Shown here: positions 60,060 through 64,000 of the stretch, piece by piece
Layout of the letters: the number at the start of each line of letters is the position of its first letter
Numbering within the stretch: position 1 is the first letter of the stretch
Source: Selaginella moellendorffii
Taxonomy: Eukaryota; Plantae; Lycopodiophyta
Length of the DNA stretch: 64,000 nt
Direction: 5' to 3'
Assembly (NCBI RefSeq): GCF_000143415.4
Contig: NW_003314270.1
Coordinates: 395,961 to 459,960, forward strand
Position numbers and translations under genes: made by a program
Notes under the pieces: model-generated
Databases searched by the model: none
What the model was told of the DNA's origin: nothing
What the model saw: the letters and a program-made list of their open reading frames with translations, nothing else

Positions 60060-62290
60060 TATTCCTTTACTAAGTTTCTAATGTATTTTATTTCAAGGTG
60101 AACAATCCGAATCTGAATCAGAGGAGGCGTGATGGCATGTGGCCTTACGCCATTCCTAGGTGAGATGATACAAATAACAAGTATAAATTCTTAGTTGTTC
60201 TAGCAAATCTTACTTAAAGTTCAAGGTGAACAAGCCGAATATGAATTCATCGGATTGTTATAACAAATTGTGAGGTGATGGCATGAGGCGATATGCCATT
60301 TGAGAGTGGTAGCCATTCCTATATAAGGTGAGTGAAATATTTATTAGAAATACCTCATTCAATTGTGCACTTCTAAGTCTTGGTCCACTTAGCATTGTTT
60401 GCATGTTTCTATTTTAATTCTTTCTCTAAAATGTTATTTAGCATGTGGCTTCATGCCATTGCTCTCCACAATCATACATTGAATTTTTCTATCCTTGCAT
60501 AATACTTCTCCATATATATAGCATGTGTGCACATGTGATATGGTTCATTAGGCCTGATATAGTGTGTGAGGTAAAACAAAGATGATGTGACATATGCATT
60601 TACCAATCACACGTGCATAAATCTAATAATATGGCGTGTGGCCCATATTAATGGCACATAAACCCATATTGTGGGCTTACGTGCTTTATGTACCATCATT
60701 CCCTTGCAGCGTGTGTGTTGGTTTCCTTTTATAACACAACGAACTCCATATTTTAGGTGAAGAGCATTCTCATGGCAAGCACAAAATCTATAAGTGAGGC
60801 AGAAAAGGAGACGGAGAAGGAAATAGGTGAAGATGTAGAATATATAAGTCTTCCAAACTCCCCGTACTATACTCTAGGTGATCATTTTTCTGAACAAACG
60901 GCAACATTAACAACTATCGAGAACGCCCCAGTAACGTCAGAGACAACAATCCAAAGCAAAACAACTGACCCGGAGAAGGATGATAGTACCGCTGAGAGTA
61001 CCAAAAAGGAGGTGTCCACTAGCGCTTAGGCTTATAATGGCGTGTGCCCTCATGCCATTTACTTGATCACCAAATACCTTTTTCCTTTGCACTAGTATAT
61101 CTTAATACCGGTCTGAGAAAATAGAATGGCATGTGCCCTCAGGCCTTTTACTAAATCACCTTTGAAAGAAATGCAAGCCTCTATGTCGTAAAAAAAAGGT
61201 ACTAGAGAAATTCCTTAATAATATGAATGTTATTTAGTTTCATGAAAATACACTAAGGGTCAAATGAGTTAAATGACTTCTCCAGACTAGCAATGCCTCT
61301 TGCTACACCTTCACAATTAGATTCGTTAGAAAAAGATAACATTGAATAATATCTAAATGTTCTCACCATTAAGTTATATGTCTGGCTAATAGGAATGACG
61401 TTCATCTTGGAAAGCTCACCACACGCTCAATGAACAAACAAATAGTGTGTGCGTGCATGCCATTGCTCTTCTTTAGCTTCAGATTCGGCTTGTTCACCTT
61501 GACAATGAGATTTATTATACAACCAGATGGACTCAGTCTGGACACAAAGTCACCGCGCTAGTCACCATGCCCCAGATATGTCTAGCCCCTAGACAAAAAA
61601 CATATAATTTCACGTCATTTTCAAATACTTGAAAATTTGTACCTAGTCCCATTTTACTGAATAAATCCCACTTTAACAAAATAGAGCTTACAAGGACACT
61701 ATAAGCCACAAATTTTTCCTTTTCTACAAGGGGTTCCAAAAGTATAGTAGGGATAGTGAGGTCCAGGAACCAGTCTTGAAGGAACTCTCCAATGGTGCTT
61801 CCAAACTGACTTGAGGTTGAGACTAGGACTGAAGGGCCTTGGGTGGGAGTGAGCATAGACTTGGGTGGTGCTGGAGGGGCCACCCAAGGAAGTGCTCAAG
61901 AGCAGCTCCCACTCCCAAAAGGGAAATCGACTACAGTGCTCCCGGCTCATGTGGAGTGGTGCCCCACTTGAGTACCTTGTGGCTCATTGGTCCTCACCCT
62001 TCCTAGGGGCTTGAGCCTTCCCTTCGGGATAGAAGTGGGAGGGTAGAGGTACCCATACCGGGCCGTTAGACCACGGTGTTTTGTCCCGGTGTCCCGAAGC
62101 AAGTGTTGCACCCAAGGCTTGGGATTTAAAGGGTCCCATGATCAAGTTTTGTTGTACCAAAGGATGTTAGGAACTTGGAGGCTTAGTGTGCTTGGCTACT
62201 TGTGCCTGCGGGGAGTGTAGCCGAACCTTAAGTCTAGTCTAACCCGGGGAGGGGGATTGGGAGAGATTTGGGAATCTGTGAATGGGTGGC

Positions 62291-63435
62291 TGTCGCGAAT
62301 GTGACTTCGGGTATCGAAAGTTACCTGTCGACTAGTCCTTACGGACACTCTTACCTTACTGCCACGATGGCAGGAGGTCGGTATTGCTGGTTCCCTTTAT
62401 CAGTCCCTCTTGTGCTAGTGGAGTTAACTGGGCATTTCGAGTGTACTTAGACCGGATGAGCATAAGGACGGAATTTCTACATGTTATTAGCTAAGTATAC
62501 TTAGCCCGGTAAGGAGTTCCCGTCTCGTTTTGTCTTGCACTTGCTAGTGACAAGAACCCTTGCGTATTAAGATTGGTCCCTCAATATTGTTGGATGATAG
62601 CTTACCGTGTCTGCCAAACACCCTTGCTATCATGCCCTTTGTGTTAGTCTTATTTCGGTTCCAAATACTATTTATGGAAAGTGTCTAGATTTGCTCATTT
62701 GGCATATTTACAGAATGTAGAGATCAACCTGAACACAATGGTGTTCGTCCCGTGTTCAAATTCGCAATCTAATGCCATTCCATATTTAGTAAGTTTCGAG
62801 TTTGTCCTAGAGACTAACTCCTGATACTAAGGAAGGCTTGGGGTGAAAGCCCAAAGCGTGTGTTCCTCAAGGGGGGGGGGGGGGGGGGGTTCCAAATGTA
62901 TAGTAGGGATAATGGGTAGGTCGGGCATGGCCGACAAACCTGAGACATAGTTTAGCTCCCGCTTGCGTTCCTGTCCTTGTTCTGTGTCCGGCTTGGGTTT
63001 AAGCCCAAGTTCCATTCCATGCTAATTGGTGGAGTACCCATGTCTTCGTGTTAGGCCACCGGTATGCCGAAATAGCACCATACTCTATTTGGCTCCATTT
63101 TGCGTGCTGGTCCTAGCATTGGGATGTTGGTTACTCTAGGACTGTTCCAAGTTGCTCTCGGCTCCTGTCCCTTTGCTCCTTGGGCTTTATGCTCGGGAGT
63201 TGCTCTGTGGTTTAGTTCCATCACTCCTTGGCTTCGTGCTTGGGAGTTTGGCACCATTCCTTTGTTCAGTGGCCCAAGGCCCTGAACCTCGGGTTCCTAT
63301 GGACACGTGGCATGGACAAGTGGCATGTGACATGTGGCATCTGTCACGTGGCACAAAGAGGGTTAGGTTCCGCTTCGTGGTGTTATCCTATGGTAAATCA
63401 CCATAGGATAAAGGGTCAAAACCACGTGCGCTACA
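62291..63435 (+). mobile_element. Solo LTR of family A inserted in the C 3' LTR
   Basis: TGTCGCG...GCGCTACA, 1145 bp, perfect TSD GTGGC. The C LTR sequence rejoins across it. Confidence 0.93.
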
Positions 63436-63705
63436 GTGGCTAACGCTCCATTGCTCGTGTAATGAGTAGCTGAAATCAAGTAAGACCAAGTAGGAGTTGG
63501 TACAATAGACAGGAACCTTGGCGAGGGAACTTAGCAAAAACCAAGGCAGTGTTGGTCAGATAGATGAGGTAAGCTAGCAAATTGGAAACGAAAAATTTGT
63601 GGCTTACATTCGGGTCTATCTCATACTTCATCTTCAGTCCATTTTGGACTCCATCTCGGGTCCATCTCTTATCCATACCAGACTCCATCTTGAACTCCAT
63701 CTCAA

Positions 63706-64000
63706 TGTGAGACACAAAATCCCTAGGCCCCAAAGTGGAGCCAAAAGGGCGCCACATGGTAGTGGCCGAAGCGAAAGCCAAACGAGCGTAACACGTTTGG
63801 ACTAAAAGATGGAGTCCGAGATGGATCCGAGATGGACCCGAGATGGATTCCGAGATGGAGTTCGAGATGGATCCGAGATGGACCCGAGATGGAGTCCGAC
63901 ATAGAGTCCGAGATGGACCCGAGATGGAGTCCAAGATGGAGTCCAAGATGGACCCGAGATGGAGTCCGAGATGGAGTCTGAGAGATGGAGTCCGAGATGG
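63706..64000 (+). mobile_element. Start of another family B LTR (runs off the window)
   Basis: TGTGAGACACAAAATCCCTAGG as at 29359, with an internal deletion before the minisatellite. Confidence 0.88.

Larger units (their letters stand above)
47895..61463. repeat. Dispersed 22-bp palindrome ATGGCRTGDGGCCHCAYGCCAT, about 30 copies
   Basis: Copies start near 47895, 48972, 49047, 50267, 50422, 50558, 50817, 50952, 51048, 51153, 51287, 52786, 54063, 54123, 54200, 55635, 56672, 56769, 56866, 57024, 57060, 57130, 58733, 58790, 60132, 60278, 60438, 61037, 61126, 61442. Confidence 0.93.
47509..61689. mobile_element. 14.2-kb cut-and-paste DNA transposon, Sola-like, with a large cargo gene
   Basis: 21-bp TIRs: AAGCTCTATTTCGTTAAAGTG (47509-47529) and CACTTTAACAAAATAGAGCTT (61669-61689), one mismatch. 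Candidate 4-bp TSD ACTA/ACAA. The left end interrupts the gypsy integrase. Contains a DDD transposase. The 22-bp palindrome is confined to this interval. Confidence 0.85.
42494..63608 (+). mobile_element. Ty3/gypsy retrotransposon family C (chromovirus-like pol): 5' LTR 42494-43641, truncated 3' LTR ~61727-63608; hosts the DNA transposon and an A solo LTR
   Basis: LTR TGTAAAG...GTGGCTTACA, PBS TGGTATCAGAGCC at 43645, gag-pol behind it. The 3' LTR matches 42911-43641. TSD CTCGG (42489-42493) / TTCGG (63609-63613). Confidence 0.85.

Noticed and set aside
60757-61029. 90-aa acidic/Thr-rich ORF inside the transposon's right arm
   Set aside because: Follows a TTTTAG acceptor and may be a terminal exon of the transposase transcript, but I could not establish the splice path, so it is not called as a gene.

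Overview
Eukaryotic, transposon-dense DNA from a land plant. About 50-nt introns, a CYP88-like pseudogene and Cassandra elements suggest a seed-free vascular plant (inference). Most of the window is nested LTR retroelements, labelled A-E here. A: ~1.15-kb LTRs. B: a non-coding LARD with 1.75-kb LTRs, including one very young complete copy at 29359-36921. C: a Ty3/gypsy element with decayed gag-pol. D: a short-LTR gypsy found next to TA-rich DNA. E: a TRIM that shares termini with A. There are also 5S-rRNA-bearing Cassandra TRIMs. Host-type sequence is limited to a CYP88/KAO-like pseudogene fragment, an RPA70-like pseudogene, an RNase H fragment and one intact intronless gene for a secreted protein (unknown domain + bulb-type lectin). 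The main finding is a 14.2-kb TIR DNA transposon (47509-61689) with a Sola-type DDD transposase. It also carries a divergent 17-exon gene that the ORF track shows only as fragments. Manual splicing gives one 1772-codon frame: ParB-like domain, degenerate N6A/N4C DNA-methyltransferase fold, disordered linker, FCP1-like HAD phosphatase. About 30 copies of a 22-bp palindrome (ATGGCRTGDGGCCHCAYGCCAT) lie within this element, many of them one per 45-54-nt micro-intron. This looks like a transposon-encoded protein plus its own binding-site array (parS-like or VANC-like). Domain names come from motif recognition by eye, not database searches.
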